A stretch of 64,000 bases of DNA, taken from NCBI GenBank assembly GCA_965240325.2, contig OZ251234.1, positions 496,001 through 560,000 on the forward strand, written 5' to 3'. The DNA comes from Rebecca billardiae RCC1528 (lineage: Eukaryota > Protista > Haptophyta). Shown piece after piece: positions 1 through 11,139 of this stretch (its first letter is position 1; each line of letters opens with the position of its first letter). Below the pieces are notes generated by a model that was not told the origin of the DNA, ran no database searches, and saw nothing but the letters and a program-made list of their open reading frames with translations. A program made the position numbers and the translations under genes.

Positions 1-873
1 GTTGGCTGCGCTCACGAGCGTGCCGCACACCGCCTCGAGGGCCTGGTGCAGCTCGCGCTGCGCCGAGCCGGTGCGCAGGTCGAGCCGCGCCAGCACGGGC
101 CGCGCCGCGGCCCCCGCCGAACGCGCGCCGCCGCCGCTGCCGTTCGCCGTGCGCGCCTCGTCGGGCGCTGATCCCGCCGGGGCCCACAGGCCGAGCCGGC
201 GAGCGCGCGCCCAGCCTTTGCGCGTGAGCTCGATGGCGCAGTGCTCGGCGACCGGCATACTCCCCGGGTTGCGCACCCCGAGCGCGCGCAGCAGCTGCGT
301 GGCCAGCGCATGCCGCTGCCAGAACGGAGCGGCCATGCTGTTCACACCGCTCACCATTCGGCCGTCGCACGCGCGCGCGAGCGGCGCGACGCACATGCGG
401 AGCGGCGTGGAGTGCTGCAGGAAGAGCAGCCGCTGCTGGAACTCGGGCAGCGTGTCCGCCAGCTGCAGTGCGGCCAGCTGCCCTTCGTCGCCGCGCATCC
501 GTACGACCCGCGCGCCGTGCGGCGCCGCGATCGAGCCCACGTCCCAGCCCGATGCGGAGTCGGCGACGACGACGCGTGCGCCGGGTGCGAACCGGCGAAT
601 CGATGCGAGCGTCTGATTGAGTACCAGCGCGTTGTGCTCGTTGCAGATGTGCGCAGTCAGCAGGGCGGTCATGTTGGGTTGCGGCCGGCACGAGCGAGGC
701 GCCGGCGTGCCAGGCGTCGCGGATCGCGCCGGCCTGCGAGGCGTCACGGATCGCGGCGTCGGGAGCATCTTGGACAAGGTGCGCGGCGGCTGCGGTGCCC
801 TCTTCAGCTCAGCCGCCGTGATACACGCCGCGAGGATGGCGACGACGGCCGCGGGATGGCGACGACGCGTCAT
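1..873 (-). CDS. Putative GT-A fold (GT2-like) glycosyltransferase, type II membrane or secreted; runs off the left edge of the window
   Basis: Not in the ORF track. Manual translation from ATG 873: MTRRRHPAAVVAILAACITAA (signal anchor), a Pro/Thr stem, then ALLTAHICNEHNALVLNQTLASIRRFAPGARVVVADSASGWD, which resembles a GT2 N-terminal nucleotide-binding segment. The frame is open to position 1. Confidence 0.55.
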   Translation of the reverse strand, partial: MTRRRHPAAVVAILAACITAAELKRAPQPPRTLSKMLPTPRSVTPRRPARSATPGTPAPRSCRPQPNMTALLTAHICNEHNALVLNQTLASIRRFAPGARVVVADSASGWDVGSIAAPHGARVVRMRGDEGQLAALQLADTLPEFQQRLLFLQHSTPLRMCVAPLARACDGRMVSGVNSMAAPFWQRHALATQLLRALGVRNPGSMPVAEHCAIELTRKGWARARRLGLWAPAGSAPDEARTANGSGGGARSAGAAARPVLARLDLRTGSAQRELHQALEAVCGTLVSAAN

Positions 874-1235
874 CGGTCCTGGCGGGGGAGGCCGGCCGCC
901 ATCATCATCATGATGCTCGAGCGAATTGCGGAAATAAGCCGCCGCGCAGTGAATTTCTTTTTTTAGACAACGCACTGGCAGTCCGCACCTCCGTCACGCA
1001 GCGGGGCCCGGGGCCGGGGCCCAGTCGGACCACGGACAGCAGACGACGCCTGCGACAGACTGGTGCCGTGAAGGAGCCGGCGTGCCGCCAGGCGAGCTTC
1101 GGGCGTGATGGCGCGGCACTCGTGTGCGCCGTGTGAGCGCCGCGGCCAGTGCCAGGCCCAGGCGCCATCGTCCGTCCCTCTGCGAGCCCCGGCCGGACTC
1201 TGATGCCACGGGATGTGCCGCAGCCGGCAGCGGAC

Positions 1236-3948
1236 TCAGTCGGCGCCGCCGCCCGTCGCCAGCGGCAGCTCGGCCGCGCGCCCGCTCACCGGGAGCTGCT
1301 CCACAAAGCGCGCGGTCACGCTGAGCGTCTCGGCGACGGGGTTAGGGTCGAGGTACGCCGTGGCCTCGGCGGGCAGCCCGCGCGCGCGCAGCGCCTCGAA
1401 CGTGTCCTCCCGCGCCGTGTACTCGAGCAGCACCGCGCGCGCGCCGAAGCGGTGGAAGAGGCGCGTGTCGTGCAGCCTCACCAGCAGCCCGTCCACGCGC
1501 AGCCAGAAGCGGAGGAGCACGAACCAGCAGCTCGGCATCACGCGCACGCGCGCGCTCAGCTGCGCGACGCCGTTGTCGTCGAGCTCCGACTCGAAGAGGT
1601 GCACCTCCTCGTTCCACAGGATCGGCTCCCGCCGGCGCAGCAGCTCGTAGTCGATGCCCTCGCCCGGCGCGGCGGGCTGCGGCCGGGCGCGAGACAGGCC
1701 GCCGCCGCCGCCGCCGTCCGCGCCGCCGCCATCCGCGCCGCCGCCGGAGCCCGCCCCCTCGCCGCACGCGTACGCGTAGGAGTACGAGCCCCTGTACGTG
1801 GTGGAGAAGGTCCAGTCGGAGGCCTCGACGGGCGAGGCGTCGACCTCGAGGTGCTCGATGTCCGCCGCGAGCCGGCTCAGCCGCTCGCTCCACGCGCCGG
1901 CGGCGGGCAGCTTGAGCGGCGACGGGTCAGGCGCGCGGCCGTCGGCGTGCGGCCGGCTGCCGTCTGGCGCGAGCACGGCGCCGCGCAGGGCGTCGAGGGC
2001 GCAGAGACGGATGCGCAGGCCGAGCGGGCGCGCGGCCGCGTCGCCGGGCGGCGTCGTCGGCGCCGGCGGCTCGAACTCGAGCGTGAGGTGCGCGTCCGGG
2101 AAGACCATCTCCGGCAGCTGCGCGCGCTCGCCGAGCGCGGCGCCGAGCGCGCGCAGCTGCGCCGCGTTGGCGAGTGGCGCGCGCGCTGCGTGCACGTGCC
2201 AGCCGTGCATGCGGATGCCGCTGTCGCCGGGGTCGAGCTCCCACGCGCCGGGGCCGGCGAGGGGGTGCGCGGGCACGGGCTGCGCGCTGGGCGCGATGGC
2301 CGCGGGCACGGCCGGCGCGACCGCCGCCACGGGCGCCGCCGCGCCGGCCAGCACCGGCGCGGCCGGCGCGCCGCCGCCGCCGGCCGCGGCCGCGGCCGCG
2401 GCGCGCGCGCGCGCGCGCGCGGCCGCCGAGCCCGTGTGCTGCGGCGCGGCGCTCGCCGGCGTGCCCCCGCCGAAGAGGCGGCCGACGAGCTCGACGATCG
2501 ACGTGTGCTGCGGCGGCGCCATCCCGCCCATCGGCATCGCGCCGGGGAAGGCGGTGGGCGGCATGGCGGCGCACGCGCCGCCGCCCAGCGCGGGCGCGCT
2601 CGGCTGCGGCTGCGGCTGCGAGCGCGGCGGCTGCGGCGGCGGGCGGAAGGGGAGCGTGCGGCCGAAGAGGAGGTGCTGCGCGACGGGGAACTTACCGAGC
2701 ACCTCCAGCCGCCACAGCTGCACCAGCCCGCGCGCCGCCGTCGGCCAGTCGCGCGCCATCTTGCAAATGTCGCACAGGATGGGGCACGCCTCCTGCAGCG
2801 AGCAGCTGCGTGCTTTGGTCGCCTTGGCGTGCGCGACGGCCGAGAGGAAGTGGGTGCGCTGCGCGAACATGTCGACGAGGCCGCCGCCCCCGCCGCCCGC
2901 CCCGCCGTCCACGTCCACGACCACCGTCTTCGGCGTGCGCACGTGCGCGTGCCCGATCAGCTGCGCCGCGCCCCACGCGAACGGCAGCATCACGTAGTCG
3001 TCCACGCACCACACGCCGTGCGAGCCTGCGGGCTCGAGGTTGAAGAGCGAGGTGAGCGCGCGGACGAGGCGGGCGTACGCGGGGAAGATGGCGCAGCCGA
3101 TCGCGACGAGCGCGGCGCGGTCCGTCGACCACGCGTACTCCGGGCGCACGCCGTCGCCGACACCGCCGCCGCCGCCGCCGCCGCCGGCCGCGCCCGCGTC
3201 CGCGGGCGCGCCGCCGCCCGCGCCGCCCGCGCCGCCGTCGGTGCGTAGGCAGCCGCGCTTGGCGGCGGCGAGCAGCAGCATGCAGAACGTGGCCTCGTGG
3301 CCCGTGCCGTAGTCCAGCCGCGCGCGCGAGCCGAACGAGTCCACCCAGTACGCGCGCAGCTCGGCGGCGAGCGCGTCCGGACCCTCGCTCGGCGGCCGCG
3401 CGGGCGGCTGGTGCGCGGGCTGGGCGGCGCCGCCGCCGCCAGCCTCGGCCTGCGCGGCCGAGCCGGGGCCCTCGGCCTCGGCGGCGAGCGTGCGCATGTC
3501 CTCGAGCGCGCGCGCAGCCATCGCGTCGTACCACTCGCGGTACGCCGGGTCGCCGAACCGCGCGGCCGCGCGCGCCGCCTCGCTGCGCGGCTGCGCGCTC
3601 GCCTCCGCCGCCAGCCGGTCGAGAGCGCTCACGAGCAAGCGCGCGCCGACTGCGGCGCGAGGCGCGCGCGGGCGGGGTCGGAGCGCGGGGCTGAGGACGG
3701 TGGGCGGCGGCGCGTCGCGGTGGCGGGGCTTCGAGCCGCGGGCGCGCGGGGTCGCGCCGCGCTGCGCCGCGCGCACCGGAGGTGGCGAGCGCGGCATCGT
3801 TCTCGACGCCGCGGATCGCATCGCCGACCGCCTCGGCGAAGGCGCAGAGCTCGACGCAGGTGGGCGAGGCGAGCCAGGCGTGCACGTCCTCGTCCGAGCC
3901 GATGGTGCGCGCGGCGGGGGGCATCGACATGGCGGCCGGCGGCTGCAT
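1236..3948 (-). CDS. Fusion of PTPA (PP2A phosphatase activator, Rrd1/Rrd2-like) and TIP41/TIPRL; exons 3948-3777 and 3649-1236
   Basis: PTPA motifs RFGDPAYREW, SFGSRARLDYGTGHE, LEPAGSHGVWCVDDY and EVLGKFPVAQHLLFG (to about 2646). TIP41 motifs LPEMVF, DWTFSTTYRG, IDYELLRRREPILW and LFESELDDNG..RVRVMPSCWFVLLRFWLRVDG..RLHDTR (about 2222-1290). A GT-AG intron at 3776-3650 joins exon 1 in frame. Confidence 0.9.
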
Positions 3949-4214
3949 CGTCGGCGGCGGAAAGGGAGGTCGAGAGAGTACGCGCACGCCGATGGCGGCT
4001 GGAAGCGCGCGTCTGGTCTTGCGTGACTGTCTTGTGTCCGGGTTCGAAGTGACCATCTGAACAGCGCGTCTATTCGAGAGGCCTCGTGACTGTCCTCATG
4101 AAGAGACGACGCTATCCCTCCCAAGCGGGTTTGATTTCGTGCTTGAAAGGCGAGCGCCCCCGCCGCGAAGCACGGGCGGCCGCGCCATCGCTCGACGCGC
4201 ACGCCAGCGGAGCG

Positions 4215-7200
4215 ATGTGGGCGCGCCCGGGCGCGCTCGCAGCGTGCGTCGCGCTGGCCTTCGCCTTCGGCTGCGCGCACGCCCGCTCGCCCGCCTCGCT
4301 CGAGGACACGCTCTCGCACCTCGAGTACGCGCGCCTCTTTGACGCCTTCCACTCGTGGGCGCGCCGCCACCACCGCACGTACCCGACGGCGGCGAAGGAG
4401 CGATCGGCGCTCGCGGCGTTCTACCTGGTGCGTGGCGCTTTCCAGAGCTGCTTTGCTTCGGCGCGCGCACGCCGCGCCGCCGCGCCCACGCGCGCCCACG
4501 CGCGCTCACGCGCGCAGCGCGCGCGCGCTCACGCGCGCGCGCCCGCAGAACCGCAAGGCCGTGGCCGAGTGCAACGCTAACTCGGCGGAGAGCGGCTTCA
4601 TCTGCAGCATGAACGGCTTCTCGGACGAGACGCACGCGCAGTTCCTCGACGGCCGCCTCCGCGACTTTGGCGACTACGACAAGGGCTACTCGAAGGCGGG
4701 CACGCACCCGGTCAAGGACACTCTGGGAAACACGCTCGCGCCGCCGCCCGGCCGCATGGATTGGGTGGAGCGGGGCAAGGTGACGCCCGTCTCCGACCAG
4801 GTGCGCGGCGCGGCGCGTGCGTCGGCGCGGGCGCTGCCCCGACGCACCCGCCCTGCTCGCACGCCGCCTGGCTCACCCGCGCGCCGCCGCCGCCGCCGCC
4901 GCCGCCGCTGCCGCCGCGCCGCCTGCCCGCTCGCGCGCACGCTCGCGCGCACGCTCGCGCTCGCGCGCGCCGCGCCGCGCGGCGGCGCAGGGCGCGTGCG
5001 CGTCCTCGTGGGCGTTCGCCGCCGTGTCGTCGCTCGAGAGCCTCAACGCGATCATGGGCCGAGACCTGGTGCACCTCTCCGTGCAGCAGATGCTCAGCTG
5101 CGACGGGCACGAGCACGAGAAGGGCTCCGAGTGGCGGGTGCGCCGCCGGCCGCGCGCCCGCCACGCGCGCGCCGCTCGCCCCCGGTGGGGCGGGACGAGG
5201 CACGTGCGCGGCGCTCGCGCGCGCGTCGGCGCTCGCGTCGGCGCCGATCTCCGCCCTCGGCCGCGGCGCGCGGCGCCTCGGCGCACACCCGCCGTGCAGG
5301 CGTGCGCGGGAGGTCTGCCACACAACGCACTCGGCTGGGTTCAGAAGCATGGCGGACTTTCAAGGGCTTCGGCCTACTCGCCCTACCTCTCGGGGAACAC
5401 GTCGGCGGACATGCGCTGCCTGTGCTGCGGCGGCACGTTCGGGCTGTGCGCGGGGCGCGGCTCGGTGGGCGGCGCGCACACGCGCGAGTGCGAGCGCGAG
5501 GTCACGTGCGGCGGTTACTTCGAGGTGCCGCACGGTGCGCGCGCAGTTGCGCCGTTGCGGCGCTGTGCGCGCGGAGCCGCGCGCGCGCCGGCCCGCCCCG
5601 AGCGCGGCGGAGCGGGGGCGGCGCGCGGCGCGCGGCGCGCGGCGTGCGGCGTGCGGCGCGCGGCGCGTGGCACTCCGGCCGCGCGCGCCCACGCCGGCTC
5701 GCCGCGCGCCCCCGCTGCCGCCCCGTGCGCGCGCGCGTGCGCAGACGAGGGCGCGCTGCTGGATGCTGTCTCGCAGCAGCCGGTGGTCACGGGCGTGGAC
5801 GCGTCCGCGCACACGTTCATGCTGTACCGCTCGGGTGTGTACTCGGCGGCGGGGCACGGGTGGAGATCGCACGAGATCAACCACGCGCTGCTCGTCGTCG
5901 GGTACGGCGAGGAGGACGGGGTGAAGTACTGGAAGGTGCGCGCGCGCCGGCACGCGCACCGCGCAGCGCGCGCCCGCGCAGCGCGCGCTCACGTTGCGCT
6001 GCCGCCACGGCCGCGCGCTGCGCGCGTGCGCGCGCGCGCGCCTGCGCGTGCCTGCGCGTGCGCGCCGCCTGCCTGCCTGCCCCTGCCCCGCCTCTCTGCC
6101 GCGCGCAGCTCAAGAACAGCTGGGGCACGGACTGGGGCGAGAACGGCTTCCTCCGCCTCAAGCGCGGCGAGCGCGAGCTAGGCGTTGGTGCGCGCCGCGC
6201 GACCGCCGCCGCGCGACCGCCGCCCCCCGCGGCAGCCGGCGATGCGCCCGCGCGCCCGCGCGCGCGCGCTCCGCCGCGCGAGCGGCGGCGCCGGCCTCTC
6301 ACCCGCGCGCGGCGCCCTCGGCCGCGTGCGCGCGGCCCTCGGCGCGTGCAGCCTCGTACTCCGTCTACCCCTCCACGCCGACAGTGCCGCTGCAGTGCGC
6401 GGCCGCGGCGGAGGGCGACGTGCAGTTGCTTGCCTACCCGCGCGGCGTGGTGACCACGTTTACGCACGGCGCGTGGCGCGCGCTGTGCGCGGAGGACAAG
6501 CACGTGCGCGAGCGCACCGGTGCGTGCGCGCGGCTGGGCGTGTGCTGCGACGCGCGGCGCGCGCCGGGCTGCGCGCGCCGCGCGCTCCAGCCGGCGAGCG
6601 CTGTGCACGCGCGCGCGCGCCGTGCGCCGCGCGCGCCGCCCGCCCGCCCGCCCGCGCGCGCCGCCCGCGCGCGCGCGCCGCCCGAGCCCAGCTCTCCCGC
6701 GGAGGCCTGCCATGAGGCGAGCCCCGCGCTCGCCGCCCCCTCGCGCGCGCGCGGCGACCGCGCGGTTGCGGCCGGTGCGCGCAGGCGGCCTCGTGTGCAG
6801 GCAGCTGGGCTACTCGCACGCGCACAAGGTCGACGACGTCAAGACGGCGCGGGCGCACGCGCTTACAGCTCCGCAGGTGCCGCGCGCGCCCGCGGCCGCG
6901 CGCGCGCGTGCGGCTGCTGCGCGCGCGGCGTGGAGGGGGGCGGGTGGGCTTGGCGAGGCTCGGGCGTGTGGGAGCAGGGCGGCGCGCTGAGCGCTCTGCG
7001 CGCGCCCCGCTGATCCGCCCTGCCCGTGCGCGCTGCGCCCTCCGCCCCGCCCGCCGCCCGCCCGCAGCTGCGCTGCTCCTCCACTGCTGCCTCGCTCGTC
7101 CAGTGCGACCCGATCGGCGCGGCGGTCGACAGCGGCGCCGACCCGTGCCCCTCGGGCGAGATCATGGAGGTGGAGTGCGAGGGCGCGAGGCCGTCCGACG

Positions 7201-7817
7201 AGACCAAGCAGTGCGGCACCGCGACGATGGGCGCGGCGCAGGGCAGCATGCGCGGCAGCACCGGCGCGGTCGGCGCGGGGCCTGGCCAGTCAGCGCCGCC
7301 GGGGCGCGCGCCGCCGGAGCCGGCGGCGCGCGCGAGCGCCGAGCCGGCGCGCGCCGGCGGCGCGGGCAGGACGGGCAGCGGCCTGCAGGCAGCGGGCGCG
7401 GCTGGGTCGGGCGCGGGCGGCTCCGACGCCGGCAGCCGTCGTGACGCGCGCACCCGCGCCGACGAGCACGACGCCGACGACGCCGGCGGCGGCAGCCGGC
7501 GCAGCCGGCGCAGCAGCCGGCACGAGCGACACCGGACTCACGACCACCTGCACCTGAGCGTGTCTGAGCACACGGCGCAGGGCGCGGACGCAGCCCTGCC
7601 CGGCCGGCGCGCCAAGCACCTCGCGGCCGAGGCGGGCGCGCGCGGCGCGGACGCGGACGCGGACGGCGGCGCCGCGGCCAAGCCGCCGGCGGCGCGCGCG
7701 GGCGCGGCGGCGGCGCTTGGCGGACTCTCGATCGCCGCTCTCGTGTTGGCCGGCCGCGCCGCGCTCGGCGCGGGGGCGCGCGCGCCGAGCACGCCGCCGC
7801 CGCCCCCTCTCGCGTGA
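4215..7817 (+). CDS. Papain/cathepsin L-family (C1A) protein with I29 prodomain, Ser in place of the catalytic Cys, an SRCR domain and a C-terminal hydrophobic anchor; predicted exons 4215-4427, 4549-4800, 4991-5137, 5300-5534, 5745-5935, 6109-6187, 6352-6519, 6785-6876, 7068-7817
   Basis: Signal peptide; I29-like FHSWARRHHRTYPT and MNGFSDET; mature domain MDWVERGKVTPVSDQ|GACASSWAF, LSVQQMLSCD, INHALLVVGYG, YWK|LKNSWGTDWGENGFLRLKRG; SRCR-like GAWRALC..LVCRQLGY..LRC..LVQC..C..MEVEC. All eight GT-AG introns keep the frame. Confidence 0.88.
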
Positions 7818-8879
7818 GGCAGGCGCGCCGTGGCGGACCGAGCTGCGCGTGCCGGCGCGTGCGAGCGTGGGCGCGCGCGCAGCGCCCTCGCCGCTGCCGC
7901 GAGCGGCTGCCGCGCCGCGGCCGCATCCACCGTTGGCGCCGCGGGAGGCGGCGGGGCGGCACGGAGGCACGCCGCATCAGGCCGTGTCGCACGCGGCACG
8001 GCCGCCCGGGCGTCACGGCCGGCGCCGGCGCCGCGGCCAATGCCGGCGCCCCCTGGCCCGGCCGCCGGGCTCGGCACGCGGCACGGCATCCGGCTCGAAT
8101 GGCCGCGGCGCTGCCAGGTGGCAGTGTAGCCGGCCGACCGCACCTGTGCCTGACATGGCTCACCCTGGCCGTTACGAATACGGGTGTTATTATTATAAGT
8201 AGTTAGTAGTTACGACTACTATTAAATCTAGCGGTCGTTAATCGTTTCAAATATGAATCAACTGGCGGTTACATCGGTTGGAACTGATGTAATTAAGATT
8301 GACGTACCATAATATATTATATTGCTGGAGCCGTGCTGTGGATCCGAAGTCCGAACTTGTCGGTTTGAACAGGGGAGAGAGAAGTTTGACGTTGCGAACC
8401 TCATTGCTCTCGTCAATATGGCGCTCGTCAATTATTGCAGGTGCCTTCTGCCGAGATGCTCGCGAGCCCGAAGAATCTGCCGGCCATAAGTCATAGTTTC
8501 GCCCCGTTAGCAGTGATTCAGGCAAGAATCTAATTCGTATGGTGGTAGCAATCTTCGCAAAGGACTGTCCCTTCCGTCAGCTTCTCTATGATACTACAAG
8601 CTTCGCCTCCTTCGGCAAAAACAGATAAACCCAATCTCGGCCGAGATTGGAGAATTTGGGTAATGGTCGGTAGGGAATCGGTGTTAGCCAAATTTTTGAT
8701 CGGTGCAGTGTGGTGGGGCCCCCAATCGACGAAGCCCATCAAGGACGATGTAACTATTGGAAAGGATCGGAAATATCGAATCGACATGAGCCGCGAGAAG
8801 CAATCTCCGCCCGCGAAATCATCGTGCCCGAGGAGCCCGTCCCTGACAACACGCCCCCCGACGAGCCCGCCCAAGACCA

Positions 8880-9818
8880 ATGCGCCTTCCCCCCATCTTC
8901 AACAAGGCCACGTACGCGGACGTGGCGCCGCGCGTGCAGACGCGCGTGCGCGACCTCGTCGCAGCCATCTCCAACGGCCCGACGCCGGACATGGCCTGGA
9001 CCAGCGGGATCAGGCCGGAATCGCTCGTGCTCGCGTGCGCGTACCTCGGCCGGCTCGTCGCGAGCGTCGACGAGGGCTCTAGCCGGAGTGAGGCGGTGCA
9101 GGGGATCGCCGCGCAGGCGCTGCTCCACTTCGCCACGTGCGTCACCCTCGCCGACAAGTACTGCAACGACCGCAGCTACGACAACCTGCTCCTGCTCGTC
9201 GCACAGGCGGCGACGCTCGAGGCGTCGGCGCTCCGTCGCGCCGAGCTCGCGACCTGGCGCGTGCTGCTCGACACGTCGGGCATGCTCGTCACTCCCGAGG
9301 AGTTCAATGCGTTCGCGTTCCTGATCAGTGACGCGAAGTGGGGGCGACTCGGCCACGACGACGCGCTCGCGCTGCTGGCGCGCACTGCGCGCTCACATGC
9401 GGCGGTGCTGCGCGCCGGCTCGGTCAAAGACCCCTTCTTGCGAGCAGGCGTGGACGACGAGGAGGAGCGCCCGGCGCGCGCGGATGCGCTACAAGCTCTC
9501 GGGAGCATCTTCGGCCGTGTGCGTGCGCCGCGCGCGCCGCGTGACAGCCACATCAGCAGCAGCAGCGGCAGCGGAACCAGCGGCAGTAGCGATGGCGGCA
9601 GCTCCGTCGCTGCGAGCGCAGACGGCCGCGACGTCAGCGGCAAAGCGTCCGACGTGTCGGATTCGCAGGCGCGCTCCTGGACGCAGCGCCTTCGCATGTT
9701 CCCGGGTGCGCGCCCAACGTCGGCGCGCTCCGGCGCAAGCGCAGTGAGCGAGGCGATGGCCGCTCTCCCCACAAGAAGTCCTGGGCACGACCGACTCGCC
9801 GCCGCTTTGGCCGAGTAA
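8880..9818 (+). CDS. Cyclin-box protein, PHO80/P(U)-type-like
   Basis: LVLACAYLGRL...FATCVTLADKYCNDRSYDN...LRRAELATWRVL matches the cyclin-box pattern (LAxK..D..Y.N, then E in helix 5); Ser-rich disordered tail. Confidence 0.7.
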   Translation: MRLPPIFNKATYADVAPRVQTRVRDLVAAISNGPTPDMAWTSGIRPESLVLACAYLGRLVASVDEGSSRSEAVQGIAAQALLHFATCVTLADKYCNDRSYDNLLLLVAQAATLEASALRRAELATWRVLLDTSGMLVTPEEFNAFAFLISDAKWGRLGHDDALALLARTARSHAAVLRAGSVKDPFLRAGVDDEEERPARADALQALGSIFGRVRAPRAPRDSHISSSSGSGTSGSSDGGSSVAASADGRDVSGKASDVSDSQARSWTQRLRMFPGARPTSARSGASAVSEAMAALPTRSPGHDRLAAALAE

Positions 9819-10098
9819 CGAGTAATCTGCGACTGCCGACTACCGAGCCGGTACGTTCGCGGACTGACTCCGCTGGGAGCGATTCAATTAGCCCGGACGG
9901 TGTGCCACCCGCTCTGTATCCTGATATATGTCTCAGAAGTCCGTGCCATGTGACACATAGTTCTGGAAACCCACGAGAACAAAGGCACGACTTCACGCTG
10001 GGGACCAGCCCGTCGCGGGCCTTTATTTGACGCCCCGGCTCACCACCCACCGGGTCACATAAGCGCAATTCGCGTACCCGCTTACGCGCTCGATAGGA

Positions 10099-10141
10099 CA
10101 AAAACCGCTCGTCGTTCGGTCAAAAACCGCTCGTCGTTCGG
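10099..10141. repeat. 22-bp tandem duplication (caaaaaccgctcgtcgttcgg[t])
   Basis: Two adjacent copies are visible in intergenic DNA. Confidence 0.9.
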
Positions 10142-11139
10142 CGCTTTGCGTACTCACATTCGCGCGAATCGCATCGGCCCATTCGTCGTGTCGCGAGTTC
10201 ACACTTCACATTCACACGAACCGTCACATTCCGCTAGACATTTCACGAGCGAAAGGGCGCGCTGAAGCCGCTGATATTAGGCACGCGGGTATCGCGCGGC
10301 CTTGCGTCGACGACGTCCCGTCGTGCAGGACACAGGCGGAGAGCCCACGCCATTCCAAGGGTCGCCCTTGATTGACGTCTCGTTCGGTCGCGCGACGAGC
10401 GGCTCGCGTGCGGCGCCAAGCGAGAGACGCGGGGCGCGCGGCGGGCGCACGCGCGAGGCTGCCCACCACGCGCACGCGCGCGAACCCGCCGGCTCCGGCG
10501 ACACGCGCCGCCTCAGCTCGAGCACGAGCGCGAGGCGTGGCGCCGGCTCGATGGGCGGCGGACGGCTCGACCTGCACTGCGGTGCCAGCGGATGAAGCGG
10601 CAAGCCCGGCGGGCGCATACGCGCAGGTCCGCCCTCCACGCGCGAGCGCGCGACTGCGTGTTCCACGAGCTGCAGCAGGCGGCCGCGGGCTGGTCGGCGG
10701 CCGGCGAGGTCGGCGGAGTGCCGCCCGGCCCGCGTTCTCGCTTGGGCGCGGGCCACACTCTCACTCACAGCGCGGGGCGTGGTGCTGCGCACGGGCCGGT
10801 CATTGCAGCGCGCACTCCGTGGTCAGACGTGCACACGCGCGCGCGTCGTCAGCCCCGCCGCTGCGCCCCTGTGGCGCCGTTGGCAGCGTCGGAATTCCGA
10901 GCTCGGGCTACTGGCTGCGAGCCATCATGCGTTTCAGAAACAGGTTTCCAGCCCAAGTTGACGCGCAGCGCCAACCCATATAAATGCCGGATCGTCGGTA
11001 AAATCGTCGATCAGTGCTGGCAGCGGAAAAATATGGAAATTTCGACTACGTTCATCCGGAGTCCGGAGTACTGGACCAATGGACCATGGCTTTTTCCGGA
11101 CCTGCTTCAGTCACCGACTCACCGCCACTCGGGGACGCC

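Noticed and set aside
1149-3248. Long plus-strand ORF (699 aa) and the many other long Arg/Ala/Pro-rich ORFs in the track
   Set aside because: These are antisense or alternate-frame shadows of real genes; stop codons are rare at this GC content and no domain motifs are present.
3949-4499. Upstream extension of the 1087-aa PTPA-TIP41 ORF
   Set aside because: It overlaps the C1A gene on the opposite strand. The PTPA N-terminus is better supplied by exon 3948-3777 in another frame.
10224-10983. GC-rich ORFs upstream of the FKBP gene
   Set aside because: No frame shows a domain or a clear codon bias.
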